Assembly: GCA_012295275.1 (NCBI GenBank)
Contig: CM022670.1
Location: 28,148,001-28,212,000 of the forward strand
DNA from: Chrysomallon squamiferum
Lineage: Eukaryota; Animalia; Mollusca
Length of the DNA stretch: 64,000 nt
Direction of reading: 5' to 3'
In this document: positions 41,980-56,609 of the stretch, piece by piece
Position numbering within the stretch: position 1 is the first letter of the stretch
How the letters are laid out: every line of letters begins with the position of its first letter
Made by a program: the position numbers and the translations under genes
Notes under the pieces: model-generated
What the model saw: only the letters and a program-made list of their open reading frames with translations
What the model was told of the DNA's origin: nothing
The model's database searches: none

Positions 41980-42172
41980 TGTTGTATGTTTCTTTGTTTT
42001 TTAGCATTGTGATTAAATAAGTAGATTTTCTCTTATTGATAAACTGATTACATCTGAAAAAAAAAAAAAAACCACACATGCTAATAATGGATTAAAACTT
42101 AAATTTTTTATTTTCACTTATTTTTTAAATCCTCAGGCTAGGTGGAAGCAAAACAATATAAAAAAAATGATG

Positions 42173-42208
<36 letters not shown>

Positions 42209-42705
42209 TATGATGGTAATGAAATGTGGATTGTATCAATTAAAAAAAACTGGCTACATCATCACTGTGGTAGATAACATTTCCAAACTGAAATGAGATT
42301 CACATATACAAACACATACATACATGGCAAATGTATTACAACAACCACATGTATTTAAATAATTACATTTTGTGTAATTCCAAATGATAGCTCTGTTACT
42401 ACTGATGGCTAACCATTGGTAATCATAAAGTATGATAACAAAATAACAAGTTCATGAGAATACGTGAAGGCTGACATTTTCCATCCCAGTGTAATGCAGC
42501 TTCATAGAGTCTGGACAGTTGATATTTTCCAATTATTTACTTAATGCTGCAGATTTCTTTTTTTAACATTTCTATGTACAAAATATTTTATTGGTAAAAA
42601 GAAAAATGTCAGCTTCCATGAATTTATTTTGTTTTAAACTTTGTTTATTAGCAGTTATTTTCATAGCATTCGAAATCTGTTCTTTTCAATGTATCAGAGT
42701 ACAGA

Positions 42706-42715
42706 ATGACGTCAT
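42706..42715. promoter_or_regulatory. Perfect palindromic CRE (ATGACGTCAT) in intron 1
   Basis: Exact 10-bp palindrome retaining its CpG in a CpG-depleted region. Confidence 0.35.
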
Positions 42716-43734
42716 GATAAAAGAAAAATATCAGACTCCATGCATCCTCTTTTTTATTTTTTTTTTTTTTAAGTTTATTAACAAAGATTAGTGATATAGG
42801 AAAATAAGCTACATAGAAACAAACACAATGTATATAAATAAAAATAATTCAAATCAAACCACAAAAAATAGATATCGAGAAAAATACACTGAATTTTTTT
42901 AAAACTAAACCATAAGAAACATACTAATAAAAAAATATATATAAACTATAAATAGTTAAAACCAAATCACAAGTAGTGAAAACTGAAAACAGACCAACAT
43001 TCCATGTTATCCAGTCTGTTTTCAGTGTTCTGTAGATTGCAGCTTCACTTGATTGGCAGGTAGCTGAAATTTCATTATTTTGTAAGGTATGGTGTGTTGA
43101 CATTACAAGTGGACTGTATATATAGGATGTTGACACTGCATTCAGCCACATGGCTATCTCAGACATTTAACATTGCAGCAATTTTATATACTTATCTAAA
43201 TTAGCCCATGCTGAAATCTGTGGCATAAAGTTTATAGAACACTTATAGGTAAAAAGTTATAACAGCTATGTTAATGTCAACTCAACTCCAACCACACTAT
43301 AGTTCTGTAGTAAGACATTATTAAATTTATATTATCCATTATTCAGTATTGCCTTCTTAAAGTCAGTATATGGTAAATGAGAAAAGCTGAAATGGCTATT
43401 AATGGTAATAACTGTTACTTTGAAAAGTTGTGGTTAAAAAAGAACTCTTATTATATTCCAAATATTTTATATTCTAAGAACAGTATTGTTATTACAGTAT
43501 TTTAAAAGTTATTACTGGGTAGCTATCACAACAACAGAATTATTAAGAGTTAAACAAGTGTATTGCATATTATTATATTCTCAGACAACTTCACAAATAT
43601 CTACCTATAACAACAGCTCTGTGTAATTATTAACATGTTAATTGATGTGTTAACAATGAAATAAATGTTTATACTGTGTCATGATGAATAACATATTACA
43701 AAGGAAGTTTGCTGTCATCACTGCATTAAATACT

Positions 43735-43900
43735 GATAAAGATCAGCAGCAAGGGATCTTTTACACTGTACTACTAAAACAATCATGTCTGGGACAAACC
43801 AGTCACAAATTTGACTGGATTGGAAAATTATCTGAGCGGGCACACACCAAGGAGAACTGAACCAATGACCTGTCACATTTCAAGCCAGCACTTTAACCAT
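43735..43900 (-). mobile_element. Degenerate SINE-like repeat copy
   Basis: AGCAGCAAGGGATCTTTTA (reverse complement of TAAAAGATCCCTTGCTGCT) followed by GACTGGATTGGAAAA and a tRNA-head-like tail. Confidence 0.55.
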
Positions 43901-44329
43901 CTTTACCATTATGCCAGCATCAGCCATGTTTTCTCCATTATAAAACAAAATGTCTGTGTACTGTAAACAAGTTACATAACATTGAATAAACCGACTATTA
44001 CATCATTATACTTGTTTTTTGCTGACAACAACAAAAAGTAACAAAACAAAAACGTGACCCACATTTTGTGTCAACTTACCTCAAATTAAGTAAGTAATAT
44101 CAGAACTTTTTATCTTGTTTGTCTCATCCTGCACACACAACTGTTTGTAAGAACATTCATTGGAGTTTTTCACCCACAAAAAATCTTGTATTAGAATTCA
44201 CTATGGTCTTACCAGGTTACATGGTACATGTACGTGAACATGTGTGTGTTATCATGTTACTGAACAACAAACCACGACTTCAACCTTGCACCAGTCTGTC
44301 TTAACTGGCTGCATTTTAAGTTTGCAAAC

Positions 44330-44700
44330 TTACTTCTCTGAGTTAATAACTGAACATAATTAGTTTCTTCAGTTAATAACTGATGATAACATGTTTTATC
44401 AGCAAATAACTGAACATAATTTGTTTTCTCAATTAATATCTAACCATAACTTGTTGTTTCTTCAGTTAATAACTAATTTGTTTTGACTTAGAAAGAATTA
44501 GTTCTCATTGCCTGCTGATGTCTGAGTTAATTACTGGATCATACATTCTCAGTTAACAACTAGTTCAACTAATTTTACTAACTGAATTAAGTAAGTTAAT
44601 TTTTCACCTAACATCTGATTGTTTTATTGTTACACAATTGTTTCAGTTAGAAAATTGTTACTTCTATTTAAGTTAATAACTAGCTGAACAGATTTCACTG
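44330..44700 (+). repeat. Old degenerate tandem repeat (CAGTTAATAACTGAACATAAT-like)
   Basis: Recurring AGTTAATAACT motif at about 30-bp spacing, decaying to the right. Confidence 0.65.
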
Positions 44701-44919
44701 TTAAAACTTGTTTATTATTAGAAAGAACTTGTTTCCACTTTTGTAACTGATTTTTATTATAATAAGTTGTTTCTCACTTTAGACAGTGTAGAAATTGACT
44801 AAAAGAGTGATTGGACAGACAGAATGACAGGCAGACAGACATACAGTCACATAGTTGATAGATTACTCTGAGTGGCTCAGAGAAAGTCAGAGATTGTTAA
44901 AAACATGGAGACAGAGGCA

Positions 44920-45090
44920 AAACATCCACAAAATACACTCACATAACAAACATACACAAAATACACTCACATAACAAACATCCACAAAATATACTCACAT
45001 AACAAACATACACAAAATACATTCACATAACAAACATCCACAAAATATACTCACATAACAAACATACACAAAATACACTGACATAACACA
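44920..45090 (+). repeat. Minisatellite, 28-bp unit, about 6 copies
   Basis: AAACAT(C/A)CACAAAATACACTCACATAAC repeated. Confidence 0.92.
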
Positions 45091-46238
45091 CACACACATA
45101 CCACACCACACTAAACATAATAAAAACATACACACAACACACATAAAAAATATATATATATATATAAAAAATATTAAAAAAAGTAAAATAATAATAATAA
45201 TAACAATAATATCAACAAAAATAGCATAATTAAAATTAATAATAATAAAACAATAACAAATAATAACAAAAATGGTAATAATTCAAAATACAACAAGGGT
45301 CCCCCTCTACAGCAAGTTAAGCCTGTCCTTGCAACTTCAGCTTGCAGCTGTTGATGTTAAATTAACACACAGGTTTGCCACATTACATAACCTTTACATA
45401 CATCACAGGCTGTGACAGATTTAAACAACCAAGTTCACTTCAAATGATCGGGTTTCCAGCACCTGCTGCAGCAGACCTGTTTCACTTCGCACATATTACA
45501 TTTATTACCCACCCACTTAACAGATATCATGTTTATTTAATAAAGAGCAAGAACAAGTGTATTAGAGGGATGATACAAAAAAAACACAATTAATAAAATG
45601 TATGATTAAATTAACAGTTAAATATATTTTGTTCCCAAAACAGTTGGGTTGCTTTTTTTGTTATTGTAATTTTTTTTTTAAATTTAAAAATTTAAAATAA
45701 CAAAATAGTATTAAATTTCTATGCTAAACATTTTATAATGTTTTGACAAAAGCCATAAAGGTAACATGATACAAGTGTATGTATCTTCTGAACATAATAA
45801 GCAGACATTTTATGAAGGCAAACCCAAACATAATAACACACACTGAAAACAGATACACAGAAAATGTCTGCCGGAGGAGGATACACGTATTATACTGCAT
45901 CTACATGAATGGCTTTTTAAAACATTTGTGTAACATACCCTTAAAAGGTCAGAAAATGAAATAACAAAATACTCATACATATTTTACACACAAACACACA
46001 CACATGAACATAGACAAGCAAAACATATAAATTTAAAAAAATAATAATGGCACACATGTATGATTAACAATAAAATTAAGTAAAAAAAAATATTAAATCA
46101 AAAATAATGTTTAAAAATTTTTTTTTAGTTAAAAGATGACAAAAGGAAAAAACTCGAAAGATTAAAAAAATAATTAAAAACTGCATATTTGTGACACTAG
46201 ATTTTAAAATATGGGTAGAACTGAGTGTCTATTATTAA

Positions 46239-46272
<34 letters not shown>

Positions 46273-46650
46273 AATTTTTTTAATTATTTATATTTTATTT
46301 TATTTTATTTTATTTTATTATTTTTGAATTTCAGTGTCATTTCTGCCTTCCAAGGAAACAACAACTAGATTCATATTACCCATCACATCTCAGCTTTATT
46401 TCAGAATCAGAATCCCTTAATGTGGTAAAAAAGACTTTGTGAAATAAAAAGTGATTATAATGGTTAACAAAGAAAAAGAAATTCAGTTAGTCTGTACATC
46501 AGCAAGCAAAATTGGTTATTTCAGTTTACGTCATTGTACTAATATACATCATATTTCTCTTTGTCTGTATCTGCATCTGTCTGCCTGCCTGTATGTGTGT
46601 GTGTATGTGTGTGTGTCTGAGTGTGTGTGTCTGTGTGTGTATTTGTGTCT

Positions 46651-46698
<48 letters not shown>

Positions 46699-48520
46699 AT
46701 ACATGTTTATATGTATGTTTAAAAAAGATGTGTGACTGAGTAATATGTGTATGGATATAAAAAGAAAAGGTAAGTTTTAAATCTGTGTGTAGTACAAGAG
46801 GTATTGATCAAGTGTATGAGGACCATTAATCAACGTATGTACACAGTAAAAGGATAAGTGGCTTGGCACCCTGTTACACAGCCAGTCGGACAACACAATA
46901 ATCAATAGCTGCAGGAAGTGTTCATGTTTTACATGGCAGGGCATTTGTTGATTACTCACACTATTTGTGAACTTGAACTTTGACATAAACAGACAGGAAG
47001 GTTTCTGTTGTTAGTGGGTAATACAGTTGTTATTATATCAGGTATTTTGTAGAACAGAAGGAACAAGAAGATTTATTTTTAAATAGTCAATAGATAATAC
47101 AATTACTGAATTCCAGCATCGTGTATTTTGTCAAACTGAATTGCTGAACGATCAGGAAAGTTTTGATTTGTGATTGTTAACAGGTAATGAAATGTTGAAT
47201 TGATGTTTGTTTTTCTGTCAGACTGAATGGCTGCAGGGACAATGAAAATGTCTTTGTTTGTCTAGTGATGGTGAGTAAAATGTTCAATTATCTGATATTT
47301 ATGTAATCTTCTCACACTGAAAGGCTGAAGAGAGTGGAAAGTTTTGATTTGTTTTCTGCTGAATCAGGTAATAAAATGTTAAACTCTGTTGTCTGTATTT
47401 TGTAAGAAATCAATGTACATTTACTGTCAGCAGTTAATTCAGGCTGATCAATACCTAGATGCTCATTTTAAAAATATGTAAGGAAAGAGTTATGTGTGTG
47501 CATGTCTGTGTTTGCAAGTGTGCTTGTATGTATGTTTGTGTGTTTGTCTGACTGTGGGGTCTTTGTGTTTTGTGTGTATGTGGTGTGTGTATATGTGAGT
47601 GTGTGTTTATGTGAGTGTGTGTATATGTGAGTGTGTGTTTATGTGGTGTGTGTTCACTTACATGTATGTTTGTATGTGGCTGCTGTGTCTGTATCTGTGT
47701 ATGTATCTGTGTATGTATCTGAGTATGTATCTGTGTCTGTATCTGTGTATGTATCTGTGTATGTATGCACACTTCATTATGTAATCAATAAAAGTTGAAT
47801 CATGCTAAGAAATAAAGACATTTGTTTAATGAGTTTGACAGTGTTGTCATCCATACAGAACAAATGTAACAATGACACTCTGTATAATAAAGTTGTCAGC
47901 TTGTTTTTTAGGCCCAATTAGAACATCTGTTTTCATGCTCACACAAAATGTTAACACTGGATTTTCTATTTTACAGAGTAAGTTACTGAGAAGTGCACAC
48001 TTCCTGAGATAGACTGGTTTATCAGACACAGTGAATGTGTTTAAAATTAAATCAGTATCTGATTGCTCCTGCAAGCCTCAAAAACAATTATTTAATCAAT
48101 GAAAAGAACAAACCTCCAAATGTAGTAACATTAATCTCCTGTCCAACCTTAGTGACAACTAGAATGGTCATCATTTTGATTTCCACTTTATCTGTAGTGA
48201 CCACTGTAGTGGTCAAAATAAAGTGATTATTGCAGAATTTCCATTGTATCATATCACATTTCCATCAATTTAGTGTGATGCCTGGCAAGACTGGTTACAG
48301 ATATGATCATAGTTCTGTAAATGAAATCATCAATAGATGGTGACATAAAAGTATTTGTTCAGTATGGTTAATATCAGTATGCTCTGTATGACAATTTCAG
48401 CTGCTTTTATTTTCTCAAAGCAGAATAACATTATCAGAATCTTTATCAAGATTAGTAATCAGAATAAACACAGGATTTAAAATTCAACTTCTTCTTCACC
48501 CTGTCTCTTGTCTACTGAAG

Positions 48521-48921
48521 TCCATATGATCTGATACCTTTAATAAACAATTCTATCAAAGTTACACTGTAGCATTCCTATGTACTGATATCCATATGAT
48601 TTGATACCTTTAATAAACAATTCTACCAAAGTTATACTGTAGCCTTCCTATGTACTGATATCCATATGATTTGAAACCTTTAATAAACAATTCTATCAAA
48701 GTTACATTGTAGCATTCCTATGTACTGATATCCATATGATTTGATACCTTTAATAAACAATTCTATAAAAGTCATATTATAGCATGTCTATATAAGTCCA
48801 TATGATTTGGTATCTTTAATAAATAATTCTACCAAAATGCTATTATAGCATTCCTTCATACTGATGTCTATATGATTTGGTATCTTTAATAAACAATTCT
48901 ACCAAAGTGATACTGTAGCAT
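48521..48921 (+). repeat. Minisatellite, 70-bp unit, about 5.7 copies
   Basis: TCCATATGATTTGATACCTTTAATAAACAATTCTATCAAAGTTACACTGTAGCATTCCTATGTACTGATA repeated, diverging to the right. Confidence 0.95.
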
Positions 48922-50002
48922 GGTAGTCATTATTAGTTAAGCATCTATTAACCCAAGGAGTGTTTTATTATGCAGTTAATTAGGAGTTACCAGCAAGGAA
49001 TCCTTTATTATGTATATTAACAGTTACCAGTAATTGTCATTATTGTTTTTGTATCAGTTACTCTGTGCAGTAAATGTTGAAAATTAGATTCCACTTTATA
49101 TATATTATAATGGGTGTACTATATGTTTGCAATGTTTGTGTGTCTATATGTATGTGTATGTGTGTTGTGTGTGTGTGATGAGCATGCATGCACAAGATTT
49201 GTTGCTTCTTCATTCCTTTTTATTCTTTTTATTTTTATTACCTATTCATCTAAGCAGTCTCATCAACACATGTGCAATGAAAATAACCATGCCAGGAATA
49301 CATCAAGATGATAAAAAGAAATTTAAACAGCTCTGATTTTGATTAATTCATGTGGTATTATTGAGGAAATGTTTTAAACAAAGCTTGTTAAACTAAAACA
49401 TATCAAAATTCCATTTTACTGTTAGCTGCCACTGATGACAGAAATGATATTTTTTAAACAAACTGCATAAAACTGCATCAAGTAATCCATTGACATCAGA
49501 ATAAAAAAAATTCAAAACAAAAATACAAACATTAATTACTGGTAAACATTTACATATCCCGTTAAAATTTTTATTATATATTTCAAATTATTGCATTTTT
49601 CACATATTTTATGTATGTTTTTAATTATTATATTTATCACTTCAATTATTAAAGCTGTAACTATAACAGCACTTACTGAGTGTTAACACGGCCAATTACG
49701 TAATCCATTACCATAGTAATATTTGCTCGGTCCCTTTGCTTTGTGGCCAAAATCCATGGACTATGTTCATTGATAGTTTTCAATGGGAAGCCAAGCTATA
49801 TATGTTACTATTCACCCACAAATAAAAATGTATTGGGTCCTAGCTCGGTGGAAACGTCTAACTGCTATGTCACTATGTGTGTTCAGAAAGCGTGACACTT
49901 TACGTTTGCCGAAATCATGAAATGTTTCTTTCATGAAAGCGGATTAAAAAAGAGAAAAACCGTAAGAAAGCACACAAAAGAATAATTACGGAGGGCACCT
50001 AC

Positions 50003-50143
50003 CTGAAACCTTGGCACGGTTAAATAACAGTTACTGGAACAAAAAGAAACGGCATCCCTCCTACCAAGTGCCGTTCTAGGCACTGCTCGATCCAGGCTCT
50101 GTTGTGGAGGGTAACACGCACCCTCGGGATAAAGAGCCGCCAT
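50003..50143 (-). CDS. PDE7: PDE7-family cAMP-specific phosphodiesterase, coding exon 1 (PDE7A1-like long N-terminus, 47 aa)
   Basis: ATG at 50143 in a strong Kozak context (GGCATGG); 141 nt = 47 codons; ends at donor CAG|GTAGGT in phase 0. SLDRAVPRTALGRRDAVSFCSS aligns with recalled human PDE7A1 PLDRPVPQHVLSRRGAISFSSS. Lies in a CpG-rich region. Confidence 0.92.
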
Positions 50144-50720
50144 GCCCTGGTTACACCCAGAGCAGACCGTACCGCACACACTCTTACGGTCACCACTAGA
50201 CTTGCTTATTTCTACGAAGGGGTGGCGGGTCGCTCGATCTTACGTGCTGGTCGAATCAAATGACACCGATATTGTATACAATCCGTTCGATTGACGTCAC
50301 TGTTGTGTGCTCTAGAGATGATCTCTGCTTTTTGACATTCTGGCGAGAAATCGAGTAACATCATGATGCAAGCTGACGCAGAAATGAGCGGATGGATTCC
50401 CCTTTGTGTGATGGGACACACGCAGCTCGGAGAGAGCCAGGCCAGAAAACGGCGGGGTCTCTTCCTCTGTGTGTCTGTGTGCAGTACCCGCTGCCAGGCT
50501 TATGAGGTGATATACTCTGGATATTGAACCTGCTTTAATACAGATCCTTATCATAATGAGACATTAATTCCATATGTTCGATTATTAGTAATCTTTTAAA
50601 GAAAAACCAAACACTGACATTAACGTAATTGCATTCATTCTATCAATGAACGATGGTAAACTCTGGCAGTCTTCAATCAATACTTGCCTGCGCTGTGTCA
50701 GACGTATATATTAATAAAAG
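50144..50720 (-). promoter_or_regulatory. 5' UTR / proximal promoter of PDE7 exon 1, CpG-rich, with a full CRE
   Basis: The most GC- and CpG-rich block in the window. TGACGTCA at 50292-50299, TGATGCAA (C/EBP-ATF type) at 50364-50371, TGACGCA at 50374-50380. The TSS cannot be located from sequence. Confidence 0.7.
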
Positions 50721-50938
50721 CGAATTAAATATTGTATTTTCAGAAGTAAAAGTGTAAGTGCCTCTTAATTATACTAATGGAAAAAAATACATATAAAAAA
50801 CATGATATTTTTGTTACATATATACGTATTTCTTCTGCGTTTTCTTTTTGTTTCCTTCTTTTTTCTTCTTCTTCCTGTTTATTTATTAATTATTATTATT
50901 ATTGTTATTTATTTATTTTAATTTTGTTTTATTTATTG

Positions 50939-50992
<54 letters not shown>

Positions 50993-53062
50993 TACAAATT
51001 ATTTACACTGTTTCCTTTGTTAGATATTTGGAACTTTCCTGCTTTTAAGGGCGCGGCGTTACAATCAAAACCATACCGGGGACAATACAACTAATATGTA
51101 CTGACATTCTTATAGCCAGTATTATTATAATCCAATCTGTATTTGGCTTATTGTACCTGGATGGTAATTAAAAATATGAATGAATGAGTAATGTTATAAT
51201 TAGGTCAAGGATTTACTTTTTGTTTTCATACGTATTACACGAATACACTGCGTAAATAACTGTAAATCACCTGAGAATATTTTATATGAAGTGATCGAAC
51301 GACAGGAAGAGATACCAGATATACAAATGACTGTCCAAACTACATCCGCTGTCAAACTACTTATTTCATATACACTCTCCATCTAACTCTCTCAGAATAT
51401 AACGCCCGTAATTGTTTTTTTTTTTTTCTGAGATTTAATTTTTTTAAATGTATCATTATCTTCTTCTTCTTCTTCTAGTTATTACTAGTATTATAATCGA
51501 TAGCAGTAGTAATAGTACTGTTCTTGTTTTATTATTTTTACATGCATAGTTATTATTACATTATTAAAATATATCTATTGTTGTTGAAATTCTAATCAAA
51601 ATTTAATATCAACCAAATGGCGTAGACATCCTCGTCTTCTAATTTACTGCAGATAATCTTGTTTTCAAGCTACCTTGATAAACAAGGCACACACATTATG
51701 AAGTCTGCAGACATATTTATTTAAATAAATATACCTATTGTCAGACGAATGGTTGCAGACGCCCGAGCAGCTAATTAAAGAAAGGATCGATATTTGATAT
51801 TCTATTCATTAGCTTCTTCTTTAATAAGGAATGTTCTAGAAAAACGTCAAATAGGGTGTGTTAGACACTTTTTGTTTTTCCTTTTTTTTTTTTTTTTTTT
51901 CCTTCCATTATCCACACACTTCGGTGAAATAAAACAAAGTTTATTATTCGCAGGTTTGAATACAAACGGTTGTTTTGGGTTTTTTCCATTAACGTTATTG
52001 TTATCATATAATAGATCTTGTTTAAAGTCCTTACATTCTGAGTTTATTTTTACGATGCTTACAGGCGAAAAAAATCAAAAACAATATCATTAAAAATAAT
52101 GATAACAAAAAAGAAGACGGCAAAGAGTGAACTCAAGATTTCAGGAAAGGCGAGGGACGCCATTGTTTTCTTGTTTGTATGTTTGTTGTTGTTTGTTGTT
52201 GTTTTTTGTTTTGTTTTTTTGGTCAGTGCAATTTAACTTTAAAGACGAAATCAAAAACAAAATATGGAGGAGGAAATAAACAGGAATCATCGGCAGTTCG
52301 GTAAGGGTATGTACAAAAGTATCTGATGTTGTTCACACAAAAAACTACCAAATTTAGACAAGTGCACCAGTATATCTCTCAATATAACAATATTTTATGA
52401 GACCATGTGTACGTGCCTGTGACTGCACGTCTGCGAATAAAAATCCTTTCCAAATTAAATGACTGGAACGGGAAAAACAACACAACCTCCTGCAAATCAG
52501 TCAGATAGACTTAACTGCAAGATAAACAGAAGGAAACAGTAATAATAATTATTATTATCGCTAGAGATCCCGCATTCACATGCTCGTGTGAATGTCCAGA
52601 TGTTTGTCATGAACCGTAAATAGCATGGGTCACTCAGTGGGCTATTAAATAGCCATTAGTGAAAGCTGAGTATAGGTAACGAGTATTATATACCTGTATG
52701 TTAATTATTTGTACACTCGGTTTTAGTACATAGCGGACAGATTTAATTTATTTTATATTAGCTTGTTGCAGCATAAACTGTTGTTGATGGTATTGTTGTA
52801 GTTTATGTATTTTCGGTCATATTTTTTATTTGTTTTGCTATCTTTGTTGATGCTGTTGTACAACATTATTATTTTAATAGTATTATGTATAATCGACATT
52901 ATGTCAATTTATTACTGTTATTATTATTGTTGTTGTTATTTGTTGTTGTTGCTGTTGTAATTGTTATTGTTATGATATCCATTTGTTGTTATTTCTGCAG
53001 TCGTTAATTTAAGCAAAATAATTTGTAACAGTAGTAGTAGTAGTGGTAGTATAAACGTAATA

Positions 53063-53274
53063 TAATACGAGGTTCGTTTCGTTTAAAACGAAGTAAAGCA
53101 ATTTTATACTATCTACGAGTTGGTTGCAGTATTTATTTCTGTTTTATTAAATAAAACAAACATTAGTAATAGTAGTAGTAGTAGTAGTAGTAGTAGTATA
53201 GTAACAGCAGTAGCATCGGTAGCAGTAGTAATACGACGTTCGTTTCGTTTAAAACGAAGTAAACAATTTTACAC
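53063..53274 (+). repeat. Pair of ~46-bp direct repeats with an internal near-palindrome
   Basis: TAATACGA(G/C)GTTCGTTTCGTTTAAAACGAAGTAAA(G)CAATTTTA at 53063 and 53229, each preceded by (TAG)n. Confidence 0.85.
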
Positions 53275-54939
53275 AACCTATGGCGTTTTCTTAGGCCCTG
53301 AACCAAGAATGCCTATACTAGCAATATCAACGCTAAGTCGTAAACATCTGATCTGTTGAGACTTTCTTTATTCTCTTCATCAGCCACTGAGAACAATTAT
53401 TTATAATTACTTTTACACATGACTAATGTTTATAAGTCGCGAATCAATAAAGAGTTTTCATGGAGAGGTAGAGAAGTTCACAAAATCAGGAAGAGAAGGG
53501 AGAAAATGTTAATATGTATAATTTTATGTCTACTGTTCTGTCGTGTTGTGTATATAATTAGTTATACATACATACATAGTTACATTCGTACCTATATATA
53601 TATATATATATATAAATTTAAAAATAATAATAAATAATGAAGGAGTCACTAAATAATTCAGTGAGATTAACGACATCGGTGGTCCTGTAATAAAGTGGTT
53701 TTATGGAAATGTGTATATAATGACATCAAATAAAATATGTTTGCTTACCAATCGCATCTGTCGTTATCAGTTTGATAGAATTTTGTAAACTCGATCACAT
53801 ACATGGTCAGATATGGCGTTTGTATGTTGTCACGTGACTGGTTCTATGTAAACAGCACGGCATATTTGATAAGCTCTAATGATTGAGAATATGTAGGTTA
53901 AAATTACATTGTTCTTCTTTCTGTCATTAATTCTTCCACTGCAGCAGAAAATTATTTTAAATTAGTTTAACAGCTACACTGAAATAGCGACAATGTTTTA
54001 ATGTGCTCTCTCTCTCATTACTTTTTCCTCGCTATATAATATAGTTTATCTCTCTTTCTCGCTCTCCTGCTCCAGTAAATTATTTGACGATTAGTGATGT
54101 TATTTATGGTTTTAAATTGTTGTAGGTGGAGAGATCATTCTCTTAAGTAAGGGTCCTTGAAACAAGACGGATCACTGTCTAAAAATTATTATGGACCAAT
54201 AAATAACACATATGGAATTGTTCCGGCATATAGGTACTACAGCATAAACAATGCTGTAGATTACATACAAATATCGAGAACTGTACACATACGTATAGTT
54301 ACTATACAATTATTTGTAATAAAGAAATGTCATGGTTAGACTAAAACAAAAAACAAATGTATTACATCAGAAAATATTGTAACAATATAGGCAATCAATT
54401 TTATTTACTAAGTTAGGAACGAATATATCTGTTTGATAGAGTTCATTTAGTATGCCTATTTAATAGAGTTGTTCTCAGCTGAACTGTATAGTAACAGAGG
54501 GCAATAAACAGCAATAAAAGAAAAAATCTTCCATCACAGCTGTACGTATATTTCAATCTAAGCAACACTAATTTACTAAGCACAGTGTCAGTGCCTATGT
54601 CTGTGTGTGTGTGTGTGTGTGTCTGTGTCTGTCTGTGTGTCTGTGTGTGTATGTGTGTGTATGTCTGTGTTTATATGATTGCAGTCATTTTACAATTATT
54701 ATGATAAGTTTTGAAAACGAGTACATTTACGAGTATTCTTCAATTCTGTTACGGCAAGTATATTTAAGGTGATTCGTGCAAAAATGTGATTTCGAGTGCA
54801 TTTAATGTTGGCTACATTCTGCAAATCAGTAAAAGCGAATATAATTCCATGCATATTCTGCAAATCTGTGACTGCGAATCATTTCTATATTATTAAATGC
54901 GATTTCTAATCTAGATCTAATCTGTGCATGGCTCCCCAG

Positions 54940-55212
54940 TGTACGTCATTAAATATTCATTTCCGCTGATCTGTAGAGGAGATAGAGGTTTCGTTATGGA
55001 ATGATGACACTGAGCGAATTAATCATTTTACGCTCGTATCAAAACAGCGTCACTGCTCTCAGTAGACTTGGGTTGCATTCATGCTTCTTTCAGGTTAGAA
55101 GTTAATATGGGAGAAAGATTCATGATTAAATATCGTCATGTATGTAATGTATGGCACCGATACCCGAGTTCTGAATAAATTATATACTTGTCCATCTATT
55201 AAAATGATACAA

Positions 55213-55280
<68 letters not shown>

Positions 55281-55545
55281 AGAGAGAGAGAGAATACATA
55301 ATTACATTTTAACTAGTATTTTTATAATACATAATAATATAATATTTTGCACACCTGAATTATTTTGTATTTTTACAACCGTGACTCAGTAAAGTTTCTT
55401 TAACTGAAACTAGCATCAACTTAAACGTGACGTGTTTATACAAACATCAGTGTACGTCATTCGCGTGATCTTTGATCCTTATATTGACAAGTGAAACACA
55501 CCACGCTCGCGTGTACAGCTAGCTTGCGTCACTGTGCGAATTACA
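54940..55545. promoter_or_regulatory. Upstream AP-1/CRE motif cluster (candidate enhancer about 5 kb 5' of exon 1)
   Basis: TGACTCA 55382-55388; TGACGT 55428; ACGTCA 55454; GCGTCA 55526; further CGTCA near 54944, 55048 and 55134. Confidence 0.4.
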
Positions 55546-55619
55546 CTGATGCAATACAGACAGACAGAAAGAAAGAAAAAAAAAAGATGTTAAAGAAAAC
55601 GCACTCACTGAAAAAACCT

Positions 55620-55696
55620 ACATATATCAGTTAACCCACCCACCCATTCAGATACGTTCAAGCATACATACATATATACATACATACATACATACA

Positions 55697-55728
<32 letters not shown>

Positions 55729-56014
55729 CATACATACATACATACATACATACATACATACATACATACATACATACATACATACATACATACATACATA
55801 CATACATACATACATACATACATACATACATACATACATACATACATACATACATACATACATACATACATACATACATACATACATACATACATACATA
55901 CATACATACATACATACATACATACATACATACATACATACATACATACATACATACATACATACATACATACATACATACATACATACATACATACATA
56001 CATACATACATACA

Positions 56015-56046
<32 letters not shown>

Positions 56047-56143
56047 CATACATACATACATACATACATACATACATACATACATACATACATACCATAC
56101 ACCCACTCAGATACGTTCAAGCATACATACATACATACATACA

Positions 56144-56176
<33 letters not shown>

Positions 56177-56263
56177 CAGTCAACCCACCCATACATACAT
56201 TCAGATACGTTCATACATATACATACATACATACATACATACATACATACATACATACATACA

Positions 56264-56294
<31 letters not shown>

Positions 56295-56321
56295 CATACA
56301 CACATACATACATACATACAC

Positions 56322-56354
<33 letters not shown>

Positions 56355-56360
56355 CATACA
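55620..56360 (+). repeat. Long (TACA)n array with embedded complex units
   Basis: More than 400 bp of TACA, interrupted by recurring CAGATACGTTCA units (near 55650, 56108, 56202) and ATATCAGT(T/C)AACCCACCC units. Confidence 0.95.
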
Positions 56361-56530
56361 AACTATTATGTATAAATGAAAAAATAAATCACATAAGAAT
56401 ATAAACAGACACAGATTAGATTAGATGGATGGATGGGTGAATCGATGGATGGATGGATTGATAAGCAGACAGACAGATAAATAGACAGATATATATTTAT
56501 AGACAGACAAACAAACAGAGATAGATAGAC

Positions 56531-56609
<79 letters not shown>

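Noticed and set aside
44080-44120. Perfect minus-strand donor GAG|GTAAGT at 44079
   Set aside because: Stops in all three frames close to the donor, and no acceptor.
49931-50179. ORF-track 82-aa ORF as a complete gene
   Set aside because: Its listed start is not ATG. Only 50143-50003 is the exon; the tail after FQ is intron read-through.
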